From the NCBI GenBank assembly GCA_965238005.1, contig OZ250165.1, positions 2,080,001 through 2,144,000 on the forward strand: 64,000 nt of DNA. The letters run 5' to 3'. Positions 19,816 through 29,930 of this stretch are shown one piece after another; within the stretch, counting starts at the first letter, position 1, and the number at the start of each line of letters is the position of its first letter. The position numbers and the translations under genes were made by a program. The notes under the pieces are model-generated. The model was given only the letters and a program-made list of their open reading frames with translations. It was not told where the DNA came from and ran no database searches. This stretch comes from Longimicrobiales bacterium (GTDB lineage: Bacteria; Gemmatimonadota; Gemmatimonadetes; Longimicrobiales; Gaopeijiaceae).

Positions 19816-21956
19816 GATGTGTCTCCGGCCGCTTTGATCTCTGGATCCTTCGAACGTCTCACCACCTTGAGGACTTTGGCGACTCGGGCTTCGTCAGGCC
19901 AGAACCGCGCGAGAGTCCCAAGAGCGGCCAGAACCTCCATGGACTTGGGCGCCAGGAGCGGCCTGCCGAAGATCGTCTTTCCGTGCACCGTCATGGTCAG
20001 GAGGGTCTCGAGCACGAGTGGTGACTTCGACTGACCCGCCGCGCGGATCCCGAAGGAGCGGATCTCAGGGCTTCGCTCCCCCAGTACGACGCGGTTGACG
20101 AGGATGGGCACGACCGCCTCCGGCAGGGACTCCCCGAGCTCGAGCAACGCCATGCGGACGACGAACTCGTCGTCGTCTGCCAGGGCATTGGCGAGGGTCT
20201 TCTGGCGGAGTCCGCTCTTGATGGCCAGCGGAAACGCCTCGCGCCTCACCCTCCGGTCGGGGTGGCTCAGAAACTCGGTGACATCGAAGTCCTCGTGCGT
20301 CTCGTCGAGCGTCTGAACCAGCAGGAGCATATTCCGGATCACCCACCATTGGGGGTCCGCGAGGCGGCGGAGCACCCCGTCCCAAACCTGTGAGCCGAGC
20401 TCCCGCAGGGCATCGAGGACGATCTGACTCCGCTCTCGCGAGTCCGAGTCGGCCAAGGCGTCCAGGAGTGGCTCGATGGCCACCGCCCCCATCCACGTGA
20501 CGATGGCTCTCAGCGATGCGACTTCGACCTCGGCGGCGCAGAGAAGCCGCCGGAGCTGACGCGGATTGGCCAGATGCTCTTTGATTCGCACCGCCGCCTG
20601 ACTGTCCGAGGCTTCGTTTACCCCATCGATGAGGAACCGCGCCCGTCCCTCCTCCAGGAGATCGGCGATGGCCTTCTCCACTATGGGACCGAAGGCGCCC
20701 ACCTCGAGGGCCATCTCCACGATCCTCTCCGCTCCAGTGACGACACGTTCGTCACTCTCGTCCTCGAAGTCACCGGCCATGACCGGAGCGGCCCTAGACA
20801 TCTCGTCCAGAACGAGGGTGTAGTCGTCCGGGTTCGGATCGGTGAGCTGCCACTCGGCCATGAGCTCGTCGACGTTCTCCTGGAGCGCGTCGTCGGCACC
20901 CGCCTTGATGGAGCCGTCGCCTCCCTCGGAGTGTACGGCCAACTTCGTCAGGAGCCTCGTCATGGAGTGGGAGATGCTCTGCTGGGAGGTGGAGGCCGCC
21001 GACTGGATGATCTTCATCACGGCGTCGGCGGCCAGTCCCTGACTGGCGTCGAGCACGAAGCGTCTTCTCTGGCTGAAGTCACCGCCCATGTCGAGGAACC
21101 GCTCGAGGGTCGAGTCATCCAGATCCTGGATGAGGTCCGAGACGTTCTCGCGAATCTGTCGATCCTCACCTTCGCCGCCCTTGAGCTCCTCCGCCAACTG
21201 GAGCAGGTGTCCCACGATCACCTGATCGTACGCCTCCTCCTTCCGGTGCCGCTGGATGGATGCCGCGATGGCCTGGGGCGTGGGCGCTTCGTCTGCGTAG
21301 TCTGCGTCGTCGCCGGCCATGGCAGAGCGAGCGAGGCCGAACCAGAGCTCCGTGGCCCGGTCCACGGAGACGCCCTCCATACCCACGCCGGAGTCTTTGA
21401 TCTCGAGTCGGTCGTAGCCGAGGGGATAGAGATGGATGTGGTCCCAATCGGGAATCTCGTCCCTGGGCAGCAGTCCGATGGGATCCGCATCGCGCTCCGC
21501 GTCGGTGGCCAGGGTACTGCAGGCTTCTTCGACTTCGGAGACCGTAGCTTCCCTGTCCAAGGAGAGGGCCCCGAGCTGATGACCGTGGAGCCGCCTCGCC
21601 AGATCGCTGAGGATCGGGTGGCTGGCGTCCGTAGCGATGCCCTCAATGACGAGCTGGCCGGACGCGACCCCGATGGCCAAAGATTCGCGGTCGTCAACGA
21701 GTCTCTGCAGGAGATCCACGACCTCCTCGGCGGACGGCTCCAGGGACGGATGCCCCGGGGGGTACATGTTGAATCGGTGAACGGTGATGGACAGCTGAAC
21801 CAGAAACTCGGTGAGCTCCCCAGCCATGACCCCCTGCTCGATGTCTGAGCTGGTCTCTGAGCTGGTATCTGAGCTGGTCTCTGAGATGGTATCTGAGCTG
21901 GTCTCTGGACTGGTATCTGAGCTGGTCTCTGGACTGGTCTCTGAGCTGTCTGTCAC
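19812..21956 (-). CDS. HEAT-repeat protein
   Basis: LADPQWWVIRN, LSHPDRRVRREA and LADDDEFVVRMAL HEAT/PBS repeats; N-terminal MYPPGHP domain. Confidence 0.8.
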   Translation of the reverse strand: MTDSSETSPETSSDTSPETSSDTISETSSDTSSETSSDIEQGVMAGELTEFLVQLSITVHRFNMYPPGHPSLEPSAEEVVDLLQRLVDDRESLAIGVASGQLVIEGIATDASHPILSDLARRLHGHQLGALSLDREATVSEVEEACSTLATDAERDADPIGLLPRDEIPDWDHIHLYPLGYDRLEIKDSGVGMEGVSVDRATELWFGLARSAMAGDDADYADEAPTPQAIAASIQRHRKEEAYDQVIVGHLLQLAEELKGGEGEDRQIRENVSDLIQDLDDSTLERFLDMGGDFSQRRRFVLDASQGLAADAVMKIIQSAASTSQQSISHSMTRLLTKLAVHSEGGDGSIKAGADDALQENVDELMAEWQLTDPNPDDYTLVLDEMSRAAPVMAGDFEDESDERVVTGAERIVEMALEVGAFGPIVEKAIADLLEEGRARFLIDGVNEASDSQAAVRIKEHLANPRQLRRLLCAAEVEVASLRAIVTWMGAVAIEPLLDALADSDSRERSQIVLDALRELGSQVWDGVLRRLADPQWWVIRNMLLLVQTLDETHEDFDVTEFLSHPDRRVRREAFPLAIKSGLRQKTLANALADDDEFVVRMALLELGESLPEAVVPILVNRVVLGERSPEIRSFGIRAAGQSKSPLVLETLLTMTVHGKTIFGRPLLAPKSMEVLAALGTLARFWPDEARVAKVLKVVRRSKDPEIKAAGDTS
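21841..21950. repeat. 12-bp tandem repeat (~9 imperfect copies) encoding S-[SP]-[ED]-T
   Basis: Units such as tctgagctggtc, tctgagctggta and tctggactggta. Confidence 0.9.
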
Positions 21957-22116
21957 GGTCCGGATCCGCTCTCCCGATCCTCTTCGTACGCTCTCGTCAG
22001 CCCCTCTATGCCTGCACACACCCGCGCCGACGGAGACGTCGAGTGAGTTGGGGGGGATCAGCGACCAACATATATTCCTGCGTCCAAATACTCACCTTTT
22101 GAGCGTCGACGGCAAC

Positions 22117-22572
22117 GTGCAGGAACAAAGCACACGAGGCACTGCGCGTGGATCGTACGTCCCGGCGCGGATCACGCTCTTCGGATTCGATCCCGTCGAC
22201 GCCACGGCTCGCATTGAGCCCCGGAGCGTCCGCTGGCGACTCAGGCGTACTCTGACGGCCGTCGGGATCGCGCTCCCGGTGGGGCCGCTTCTGGCCCCGG
22301 TGCCGCCCCACGCACCCTGGGCCCTGGGCGCCCTCGGCGTGGGTGCGATCGTGGCACGCCGGAAGTGGCTGGAGCTCCATAGCCTCCAGGCCGTCGAGGG
22401 TATCTGCCCCCGTTGCAGAAGCGACGTGTCCCTGCCCCGGGCCACACGCCTTCGACACCCCCACCCGTTGTCGTGCGAGTCGTGCAACCACGAGCTGGCG
22501 CTGGAAGTGGATCCGGCGGCCCGCCCCGGCGTCAACCCGCCACGTCCCGGAGAGCCGCCAGAGGAGGTCTGA
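22117..22572 (+). CDS. Small membrane protein with C-terminal zinc ribbon
   Basis: Two TM segments, then CPRC...CESC. Start uncertain. Confidence 0.65.
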   Translation: MQEQSTRGTARGSYVPARITLFGFDPVDATARIEPRSVRWRLRRTLTAVGIALPVGPLLAPVPPHAPWALGALGVGAIVARRKWLELHSLQAVEGICPRCRSDVSLPRATRLRHPHPLSCESCNHELALEVDPAARPGVNPPRPGEPPEEV

Positions 22573-25072
22573 GAAGGACTCCCCGGCTCCCGGCGAGGCC
22601 CACCCCCAGAGTAACAGCGGTGATCACGAGCCACACACCTCCGATCCGCAGGGGGTCGAAGACGAACGGCACGGTGAAGACCTGGACCACGACCAACCAC
22701 CCGGCGGCCACAGCCAAGAGAAGCCCCGCCAGCGTGGCCAGAGACCCGATGGCCACGTACTCCACCATGAGAATCCGCAGGATGACCCCCTTCTGCGCGC
22801 CCAGGGTCTTGAGGACAGCGCTTTCCCGCATACGCTGGTAGCGCGAAGTGGCCAATGACCCCATGAGGACGAGGACGCCGGCAATGGTGCTGAAGATGCC
22901 GAGGAAGCGTACCGCCTGGTTCGCCCGGGCCAGGATGGCGTCGATGGCCTGCTGGAGCCGCGAAAGGTCCAACACCGATACGTTGGCGTGTATACCGACC
23001 AGGTCCCGTTGGAACTCGGCTCGCTCCCGCTCTCCTTCGACGCGGGCCATGATAACGGCGGTCTGCGGAGCCTCCTCTATCACTCCGGGCTCGAAGACCA
23101 CGAAGAAGTTCGTCTCGAATCGAGTCCAGTCGACGGTGCGTAGGCTCACCACCCGCGTCTCGAGCGGCACACCCGCGAAGTCCCACGTGATCCGGTCTCC
23201 GATGGAGACCCGCAGGCTCTCGGCCAGGTCGGCCTCCAGCGAGACGCGAGGCAAACCGTCTTCGGCGGGAGGTGCGTCCCACCAGTCCCCCTCCACGAGC
23301 TCCTCCGAGCCCGCGAGCTCCGCCCGATAGGTGTGCCGGAATTCCCGCCGAAGGGCCCACCCCTCGGGACGCTCTTCCCCGGAGGCATCGAGGAGCTCCT
23401 CCCGGGTCCGCCCGTTGATCCCGATGAGCCTCGAGGGTACCAGGGGAGTCACGTCCGGCGAGCCGGTGGCGCGTGACGCCACGAAGGCCTCGACGTCGGG
23501 ACGCTGATCCGACTGCACGTCGAAGAGGAGGAGGTTCGGTCGTCCTTCTCCCACCTCCAGGGTGAACTCCTGGGTCAGGCTGCCCTCCACCAGGCCGATG
23601 GTGCCGATGACGAACGCGCCGAAGCCGAGGGCCAGCGTCACCGAGACCGTCTGGTTTTGCGGCCGGAACAGGTTGCTCACGCCCTGGCGGATCGGGTACG
23701 ACATCCCCTGCGGGAAGAAGCGCTTGGTTGCGGCGATGAGGACCCGGGCCGAACCCCAGAGGACGAGGGCCACGACTCCGAGGCCAGCGGAGAACGCCAG
23801 TCCCTGTACGCGGGAAGGAGCCTCCACCACCGTAAGCCCCAGAATCGTGGCCACCAGAAGGGCGAACGCTCCCACCTTCCAGAGATCGGTCCGCCCCGCC
23901 GGCTCGAAGTCGTGCCTGAGAGCGAGGAGCGGCGGGACACCCCTTACCTCGAGAAGCGGTGCCAAAGCGAACATGAGGGCGACCCAGACTCCCAGGAAGA
24001 TTCCCGCGAGGGCCGCCAACCACGAGACGTCCGTCGTCACTCCCACGGGCAGAACCCCCGAGAGAGCCATAGGCAGCACCCGCTGGATGCCGATCCCCAG
24101 CACGACACCCACCAGGGAGCCCATGAAGGCGAGCACCGCCGCCTGGAGCAGGTATGCGGCGAAGAGGCTCTCCTGGCGAGCCCCCAGACAGCGGAGAACC
24201 GCCACCGTCACCACCTTCTCACGGACGTAGACGTAGATGGCACTGGCCACTCCGATGCCGCCGAGGAAGAGGGCCGCCAGGCCGATGAGCCCCAGGTAGC
24301 GCGCCAGATCGTCCAGGGCCGAGCTCATCTCTTGTGCGCGATAAGCGGCCGGCGTGTGCCGCAGCCGATGCCGCTGGAACAGCTCCCGTTGGCTGTTCCA
24401 GAGCTGGTCCCGGTCCTCCCGCTCCGGCATGAGGAAGTTCGCGTGATAGCGGGCGATGGAGCCGAAGGTCAGCAGCCCCGTCTCCTCCAGGCGGTCCCGG
24501 GCGATGTAGACCCTGGGTCCGATGGCCGTCTGAAAGCCCAGTTCCGTGGGAAGTCCGCTGACGGTTCCCCGGAGGACGAACCGGGCCAGTCCGATGGCCA
24601 GCGTATCACCGGGCCGGGCATCCAACTGGACCAGGACGGCCGGATCGGCCACCGCCCATGGCCCGTCATGGATCTGCGCCCAGGCCCCGGACGGCTCGGA
24701 TGCCACGTCACCGTAGAACGGGAAGCCCGGATCCACGGCGCGGATCTGGAAGAGCCGCACGCCCTCGCTCCGGGTATCGAGCACCATGGAGGCCAGCGTC
24801 GTCGTCCGAGCAATCTGTCTCCCCTCCCCCGCCATGGAGTCCAGAACCGCCTCGAACTCCTCGGGAAAGGCCCGGCTCGACGAGAGGCGCACGTCGGCTC
24901 CCAGGAGTACACGGGCCTGATCATCGAGGGAGCGCTCCACGTCGGCTCGGAACGAGTGGATCGCCACGAGTGCCGCCACCCCCAGGGCGATGGAGCCCAT
25001 GAAGACGGAGAGGCGACGGTAGCTGGCTCTGCCCTCTCGCCAGGCCATACGAACCGCGAACGACCTGATCAT
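22532..25072 (-). CDS. ybbP: ABC transporter permease, FtsX/MacB-like (YbbP family)
   Basis: AWREGR...IALGVAALVAI; duplicated FtsX domains; adjacent to ybbA and tesA. Confidence 0.85.
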   Translation of the reverse strand: MIRSFAVRMAWREGRASYRRLSVFMGSIALGVAALVAIHSFRADVERSLDDQARVLLGADVRLSSSRAFPEEFEAVLDSMAGEGRQIARTTTLASMVLDTRSEGVRLFQIRAVDPGFPFYGDVASEPSGAWAQIHDGPWAVADPAVLVQLDARPGDTLAIGLARFVLRGTVSGLPTELGFQTAIGPRVYIARDRLEETGLLTFGSIARYHANFLMPEREDRDQLWNSQRELFQRHRLRHTPAAYRAQEMSSALDDLARYLGLIGLAALFLGGIGVASAIYVYVREKVVTVAVLRCLGARQESLFAAYLLQAAVLAFMGSLVGVVLGIGIQRVLPMALSGVLPVGVTTDVSWLAALAGIFLGVWVALMFALAPLLEVRGVPPLLALRHDFEPAGRTDLWKVGAFALLVATILGLTVVEAPSRVQGLAFSAGLGVVALVLWGSARVLIAATKRFFPQGMSYPIRQGVSNLFRPQNQTVSVTLALGFGAFVIGTIGLVEGSLTQEFTLEVGEGRPNLLLFDVQSDQRPDVEAFVASRATGSPDVTPLVPSRLIGINGRTREELLDASGEERPEGWALRREFRHTYRAELAGSEELVEGDWWDAPPAEDGLPRVSLEADLAESLRVSIGDRITWDFAGVPLETRVVSLRTVDWTRFETNFFVVFEPGVIEEAPQTAVIMARVEGERERAEFQRDLVGIHANVSVLDLSRLQQAIDAILARANQAVRFLGIFSTIAGVLVLMGSLATSRYQRMRESAVLKTLGAQKGVILRILMVEYVAIGSLATLAGLLLAVAAGWLVVVQVFTVPFVFDPLRIGGVWLVITAVTLGVGLAGSRGVLLRPPLAALRDVAG

Positions 25073-25767
25073 CCGGACGAGCCGCTCGCGTCGGACACGA
25101 TACGGCCGTCGGCGAGCGAGACAGTGCGGTGGGCCCGTGACGCGAGGTCCAGGTCGTGGGTGACCAGGATCAGCGTGGTCTGGGACTCGTGGTTCAGCTC
25201 CTCGAGGAGCTCGACCACGTGAAGGCCGGTCTTGCGGTCGAGATTTCCGGTGGGCTCGTCGGCGAACAGGATGCGCGGCTCGTTGGCGAAGGCCCGGGCC
25301 AGAGCGACCCGCTGCTGCTCACCCCCCGAAAGCTGGGCCGGATAGTGTTCTGTCCGGTCGCCGAGCCCTACGCGAGTCAACAGCTCACGACTCCGCTCCC
25401 GGATGGACCGCCCATTGCGGCCCTGGTCGCCCCCGAGGAGCTCAAGAGGCACCATCACGTTTTCCATGGCCGTGAGCGCAGGGAGCAGGTGGAACATCTG
25501 GAATACGAAGCCCACGTTCTCGGCGCGAAACCTGGCGCGACCATCTTCGGTAAGACTGAAGAGATCTTCACCGGCAACGGTTACCTTACCTTCGGTGGGC
25601 TGATCGAGCCCGGCCAGGAGCCCGAGGAGCGTGGTCTTCCCGCTTCCGGACGGTCCGGTGATGGCCACGAAGCTCTCCGGTTCCACATCGAGATCAACAC
25701 GGTCCAACACGCGAAGGGGTCGCCCTCCGCTCATGTATTCTTTCGACAGACCCACAGCTCGGATCAT
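25069..25767 (-). CDS. ybbA: ABC transporter ATP-binding protein (YbbA/LolD-like)
   Basis: [17 protein letters not shown] and [12 protein letters not shown]. Start could be as far upstream as 25914. Confidence 0.88.
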   Translation of the reverse strand: MIRAVGLSKEYMSGGRPLRVLDRVDLDVEPESFVAITGPSGSGKTTLLGLLAGLDQPTEGKVTVAGEDLFSLTEDGRARFRAENVGFVFQMFHLLPALTAMENVMVPLELLGGDQGRNGRSIRERSRELLTRVGLGDRTEHYPAQLSGGEQQRVALARAFANEPRILFADEPTGNLDRKTGLHVVELLEELNHESQTTLILVTHDLDLASRAHRTVSLADGRIVSDASGSSG

Positions 25768-26506
25768 GGCTGCCGTCGCTCTTGTGGCACTGTGGCTCCC
25801 CTCGGCCGGGTGCGGCCCAGGTGCCGACTCGGACGTGGTACGCTCCGGGCGGCAGGAAGGTTCAACGTCGGAGGGCCTGGGCACTTCAGCGGCGGCCGTC
25901 GCGCCGGCCGACACCGGCGCTCCGGGACGGGTCGTCTTCCTGGGAACGAGCCTGACCGCCGGGTATGGGCTCGGTGATCACACGGTCCGCTTCACGGACC
26001 GGATCCGGGCAAAGATCGACTCCGCGGGTCTCCCATTCGAGATCGTGAACGCCGGCGTCAGCGGTGACACCAGCGCCGGTGGGCTCCGGCGGATCAGCTG
26101 GTTGCTACGGGCCCCTGTAAGCGTGCTCGTGATCGAGCTCGGAGCCAACGACGGGATTCGCGGGCTGTCCATCGAGGCCATGCGCGGGAATCTCCAGGCG
26201 GTCATGGACAGCGCGCGGACGCGCTATCCCGACGTTCGGTTCGTGGTGGCCGGGATGGAGGCTCCCCCCAACCTGGGCCCGCGGTACGGGTCGGAGTTCC
26301 GGTCCGTGTTCACCGAGCTGGCCCGGGAGAACGACGCCGTGTTGATCCCCTTCCTCCTGGACGGCGTGGCGGGTGAGCCCGAGCTCAACCAGGTGGACGG
26401 CATCCACCCGACGGTCGAGGGACACCGCCGGGTGTCCGAGACGGTCTGGGGTTTTCTGGAACCGGTGCTTCGAGAGGTCGCGACGAGCGGGGCGGCTCAG
26501 CCATGA
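25766..26506 (+). CDS. tesA: Arylesterase / acyl-CoA thioesterase I (SGNH hydrolase), probable lipoprotein
   Basis: FLGTSLTAGYG, NAGVSGDTSAGG, ELGANDG and DGIHP; lipobox-like SAGC. Confidence 0.88.
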   Translation: MAAVALVALWLPSAGCGPGADSDVVRSGRQEGSTSEGLGTSAAAVAPADTGAPGRVVFLGTSLTAGYGLGDHTVRFTDRIRAKIDSAGLPFEIVNAGVSGDTSAGGLRRISWLLRAPVSVLVIELGANDGIRGLSIEAMRGNLQAVMDSARTRYPDVRFVVAGMEAPPNLGPRYGSEFRSVFTELARENDAVLIPFLLDGVAGEPELNQVDGIHPTVEGHRRVSETVWGFLEPVLREVATSGAAQP

Positions 26507-27021
26507 TGGGGCGCCTCGCCAAGATCTTCGGCCTCATCGCCGGGCTCCTGCTTGCCTTCTTGGCCGTGGGCTTCTTGCTGCCGGGCACCTGGTCGACGGA
26601 AGTGTCCATCGAGGTCCCGGCCCCCCCGGAAACGGTCTTTCCCCTCCTGGTCGACCTGGGCCGCTGGGACGAGTGGACCCAATGGGGCGACGTCGTGTCC
26701 ACGCTCAGCGATCCGTCCTTCGGTCCGGGGGCGGTGCGCAGCTGGGACGATGACCAGTACGGATCCGGCTTTGTGACCATCACGGTGAGTCGCCCGGTCG
26801 AGCTGGTTCGCTATCGAGTCAGGATCGGTGAGGGAGTCGAGGTCATCGGAGAGCTGGAGCTCGAGGCATCGACGGGTGGAAGTCTCGTCACCTGGCGTGA
26901 AGAGGGTGATTTCGGACGCAACCCGCTGATGGGGTACGTTGCGAGGAGCATGTCCGACTCCCAAGGAAGGCAGCTCTCCGAGAGTCTGGGCAGGCTGAAG
27001 GAAGCGGTCGCTATTCGCTAG
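26503..27021 (+). CDS. SRPBCC (polyketide cyclase/START-like) family protein
   Basis: N-terminal TM, then SIEVPAPPETVF...W.EW..W. Confidence 0.8.
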   Translation: MMGRLAKIFGLIAGLLLAFLAVGFLLPGTWSTEVSIEVPAPPETVFPLLVDLGRWDEWTQWGDVVSTLSDPSFGPGAVRSWDDDQYGSGFVTITVSRPVELVRYRVRIGEGVEVIGELELEASTGGSLVTWREEGDFGRNPLMGYVARSMSDSQGRQLSESLGRLKEAVAIR

Positions 27022-27052
27022 TGGCTCGCGAACTTCGGAAACGGAACCCTAG
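27018..27052. repeat. Truncated copy of the 16163 MITE family, between convergent stop codons
   Basis: The 25 bp gtggctcgcgaacttcggaaacgga is identical to 16232-16256. CTAG at both ends supplies the SRPBCC and rho stop codons. Confidence 0.75.
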
Positions 27053-28359
27053 ATTTTCTGGCTGGCCAGGGCCACAAGCCCTTCGTTCGTGCGGGTTCTC
27101 CGCATGACCCCCAACAACTCGGTCATGGCGTCCGCCGGTGACACGTCGGACAGTTGTCGACGCATGGCTCGAGAGACGGACAGGCTATCCGGATCGAGGA
27201 GCAGCTCCTCTTTCCGGGTCGCCGACCCGATCAGATCGATGGCCGGATAGATTCTCTTGTCGGCCAGCTCACGGCTCAGCAGCAGCTCGCTGTTCCCCGT
27301 GCCCTTGAACTCCTCGAAGATGACCTGATCCATCCGGGATCCCGTATCGACCAGGGCGGTGGCCACGATGGTGAGCGATCCTCCCCCCTGCCTCGGGTCG
27401 ATCTTTCTTGCGCTGCCGATGAACCGCTTCGGCTTCTCCAGCGAGTTGGCGTCGAGACCGCCCGACAGGGTGCGGCCGCTTCCTTCTTCGACCGTGTTGT
27501 AGGCCCGGGCGAGTCGCGTGATGGAGTCCAGAATGATCACCACGTCCTGTCCTCCCTCCACCATGCGGCGGGCCCGCTCGAGGGTCATCTCGGCGACCTG
27601 GCAGTGGCGCTCGGCCGGCCGATCGAAGCTCGACGCGATCACCTCGCCGAAGCCGCACATCTCCATGTCGGTGATCTCCTCGGGCCGCTCGTCGGCCAGG
27701 AGGATCATGAGGCGGCACTCCGGATGGTTCGTCACGATCCCTTCGGCCACCGCCTGTAGGACCGTGGTCTTACCGGCCTTAGACGGAGAGACGATCATGG
27801 CTCGCTGCCCCTTGCCGAAAGGGCAGAACAGGTCGATGACCCGGTTCGTGTAGTCGGGCTCTCCACCCACCATCCGGTCACAGGACAGGACGAGCTGCTC
27901 GTTGGGGTGCACAGCGCTCAGCCGGTTGAAGTCGGGGCGCCGCTTGGCGTCCTCGGGAGGGCCACCATTGACCAAGGCCAGATGCGTGAGCGGTGGACTC
28001 TTTCCGTTCTTGGGACGCCGCCCCACGACGCCGTTGAGCTCGTCTCCCGTGCGCAGGCCGAATTTGTGAATGACCTTTGCGCCGACGTAGATGTCTTCCT
28101 TGCTGGCCGTATAACCGGCGTCACGGCGACGGATGAAACCGGAGCCGCTGCCCAGGACATCCAAGACACCGAGGGGCTCACTCGGCTCACGCCGCTCATG
28201 CTGATCGCGTTGACCCTGATGCTCTTGTCGATCCTGCCGCTCAGGACGATCCTGTTGCCCAGGGCGATCTTCCTGCGCAGGGCGATCCTGTTCCTCGGGC
28301 TCCAGCTGATCTTGCCGAGCCTCGGAGTCGAGCCGATCGATGGGTGTGTTACCGTCCAC
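27049..28359 (-). CDS. rho: Transcription termination factor Rho with low-complexity N-terminus
   Basis: GVLDV..GSGFIR, GKGQR..IVSPSKAGKT, DERPEE, LDSITRLARAYN and FEEFKGTGN. Start is GTG 28359 or 28410. Confidence 0.93.
   Translation of the reverse strand: MDGNTPIDRLDSEARQDQLEPEEQDRPAQEDRPGQQDRPERQDRQEHQGQRDQHERREPSEPLGVLDVLGSGSGFIRRRDAGYTASKEDIYVGAKVIHKFGLRTGDELNGVVGRRPKNGKSPPLTHLALVNGGPPEDAKRRPDFNRLSAVHPNEQLVLSCDRMVGGEPDYTNRVIDLFCPFGKGQRAMIVSPSKAGKTTVLQAVAEGIVTNHPECRLMILLADERPEEITDMEMCGFGEVIASSFDRPAERHCQVAEMTLERARRMVEGGQDVVIILDSITRLARAYNTVEEGSGRTLSGGLDANSLEKPKRFIGSARKIDPRQGGGSLTIVATALVDTGSRMDQVIFEEFKGTGNSELLLSRELADKRIYPAIDLIGSATRKEELLLDPDSLSVSRAMRRQLSDVSPADAMTELLGVMRRTRTNEGLVALASQKI
28229..28300. 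repeat. 18-bp period repeat in the rho 5' region (xQDRPx units)
   Basis: cgatc recurs at 28229, 28247, 28265 and 28283. Confidence 0.75.
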
Positions 28360-28753
28360 TGTTCTGGTTTTCCTTGATATGGGCTCACGCAGTCGCGAGC
28401 CGAACTGCACTTCTCGAGGAACGAGCGAAAACGAATCTCATCGCTTCTGCCTACACGTTCCCGCCGTCCCGATGGCGAAGCAAGCTACCGAGATATTCAG
28501 GCTCGAAAGGGTTCCGCGCCCTGGCGGTGTCGGGGCGCTCCGTCCAACTTGCCAGTCCGTGTTCGCTACGAAGGCGCACGGGCGATTCCGATGGTCTAAA
28601 CCACCAGGGACGGTATGTCCGAGATTGGAACGACTCGAGTTCGGCCTGAAGAATCGGAAATCTGCGTTCCAGGCACCCGAATGGGTGGATTCTAATCTTC
28701 CTCGTTTCCTGCTCCATGGCAAGGGACGCGGTGACATTCACAGAGGCCGGGTC

Positions 28754-29406
28754 ATGTTGTCGGTCCGTCACGAACGTCGTGATTTCCTCAAATCGCTAGC
28801 GGCGCCGGCTCTGCCGGGCCTGCCGTCGCGCGGCTCCAACGCCTCGAAGAGGCCTTCGGGGCCGAGCTCGATACCGTCGCTCACCGGCCTCGTTCTTCCC
28901 TGGCCTGGGAGGCGCTCAGGGACCGGTACATGCTCGGCCCGGACGTCGTCTATCTGAATCACGCCTCTATCGGGACCATCATGTGGGTCACGTGGGGACA
29001 ACGCCGCTGGGCGGGGAGCGGACGGATGTTCGAGGACTACGGCACCAGAAACCTCCCGGAGGTCCTGGCCATGGGAGACGCTCTCGACTTCCAGGGCACC
29101 CTCGGTACCGACGACAAGGTCGCTCGTTACCGGGAGATCAGAGCCAGCCTCAGGGCTTGGGTGGACGCCGACCCGTCCCTTTCATGGCGGTCTTCCGAGA
29201 GCTGGGAGCTCGGAGCCTCGCTCATCGGAATCGGCTTCGAGACGCCCCAGGCCAACACGGTTTCGGTCGGCATGTATGAAGAGCGGGGGATCGTCCTTCG
29301 TCCATTTCAGACCCAGGGCCTCAACGCCCTGCGAATCTCCCCCAACACCATCACGTCGGCGGCGGAGATCGAGTCCCTCTTCGCGGCCCTCGACGCCCGG
29401 TACTGA
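28754..29406 (+). pseudogene. Tat-exported class V aminotransferase (isopenicillin N epimerase-like), frameshifted and internally deleted
   Basis: RRDFLKSL Tat motif in one frame. In another frame WEALRDRYMLGPDVVYLNHASIGT joins directly to the C-terminal FEDYGTRN...LRISP, so the PLP-binding core is absent. Confidence 0.75.
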
Positions 29407-29590
29407 GCTGACCATAGGTCGCTCAGCCTGTCCTACACCGGGTTTCCACTTGTCCTCCGCCGGGGACATCCGGCGCCGGCCTTTGCGGCGCTACCGGCCG
29501 GACCTAGTTTATATACAGGGATTTCAGGGGATCTCGTCCGTGGCACGGCCCGTGCACGGTATGGAAACGAGATCTTCCAAGGAGGCACAC

Positions 29591-29836
29591 GTGCGCAGGC
29601 TGATCGGAACGGCTCTGACACTCGGCTTCGCCCTCGTTTGGCGTCCCGACGCGGCCGCTGGACAGTATTCCTGGAGCAATTTCTCCTTCTCGCTAGGCGT
29701 CGGCACCCACGGTGTGGGCTTGGGAGTGGGGCTGTCCTATTCGAGCGTGGGTTCCTGGTACGATATCGAGTACCACGATCCGTGCTGGGACTACACCTAC
29801 TACGACTGGTACTCCTTCTACGCACTGTCCATCTAG
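29591..29836 (+). pseudogene. 5' part of a secreted Tyr/Trp/Gly-rich protein, truncated at the island boundary
   Basis: aaggagg RBS, GTG start, signal peptide (..DAAAGQ) and YHDPCWDYTYYDWY. Stops where the AT-rich island begins. Confidence 0.6.
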
Positions 29837-29930
29837 GTTCCAGGAAGTCCCATAAGACAAGTGAAGTTGTTGTAGGGGATATACTTATGTTATATTGCCA
29901 TCTCAGGAAGGCCGCTATATTCCAAGACCT

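Noticed and set aside
21841..21950. Possible CRISPR array
   Set aside because: Contiguous 12-bp units with no unique spacers, and no cas genes in the window.
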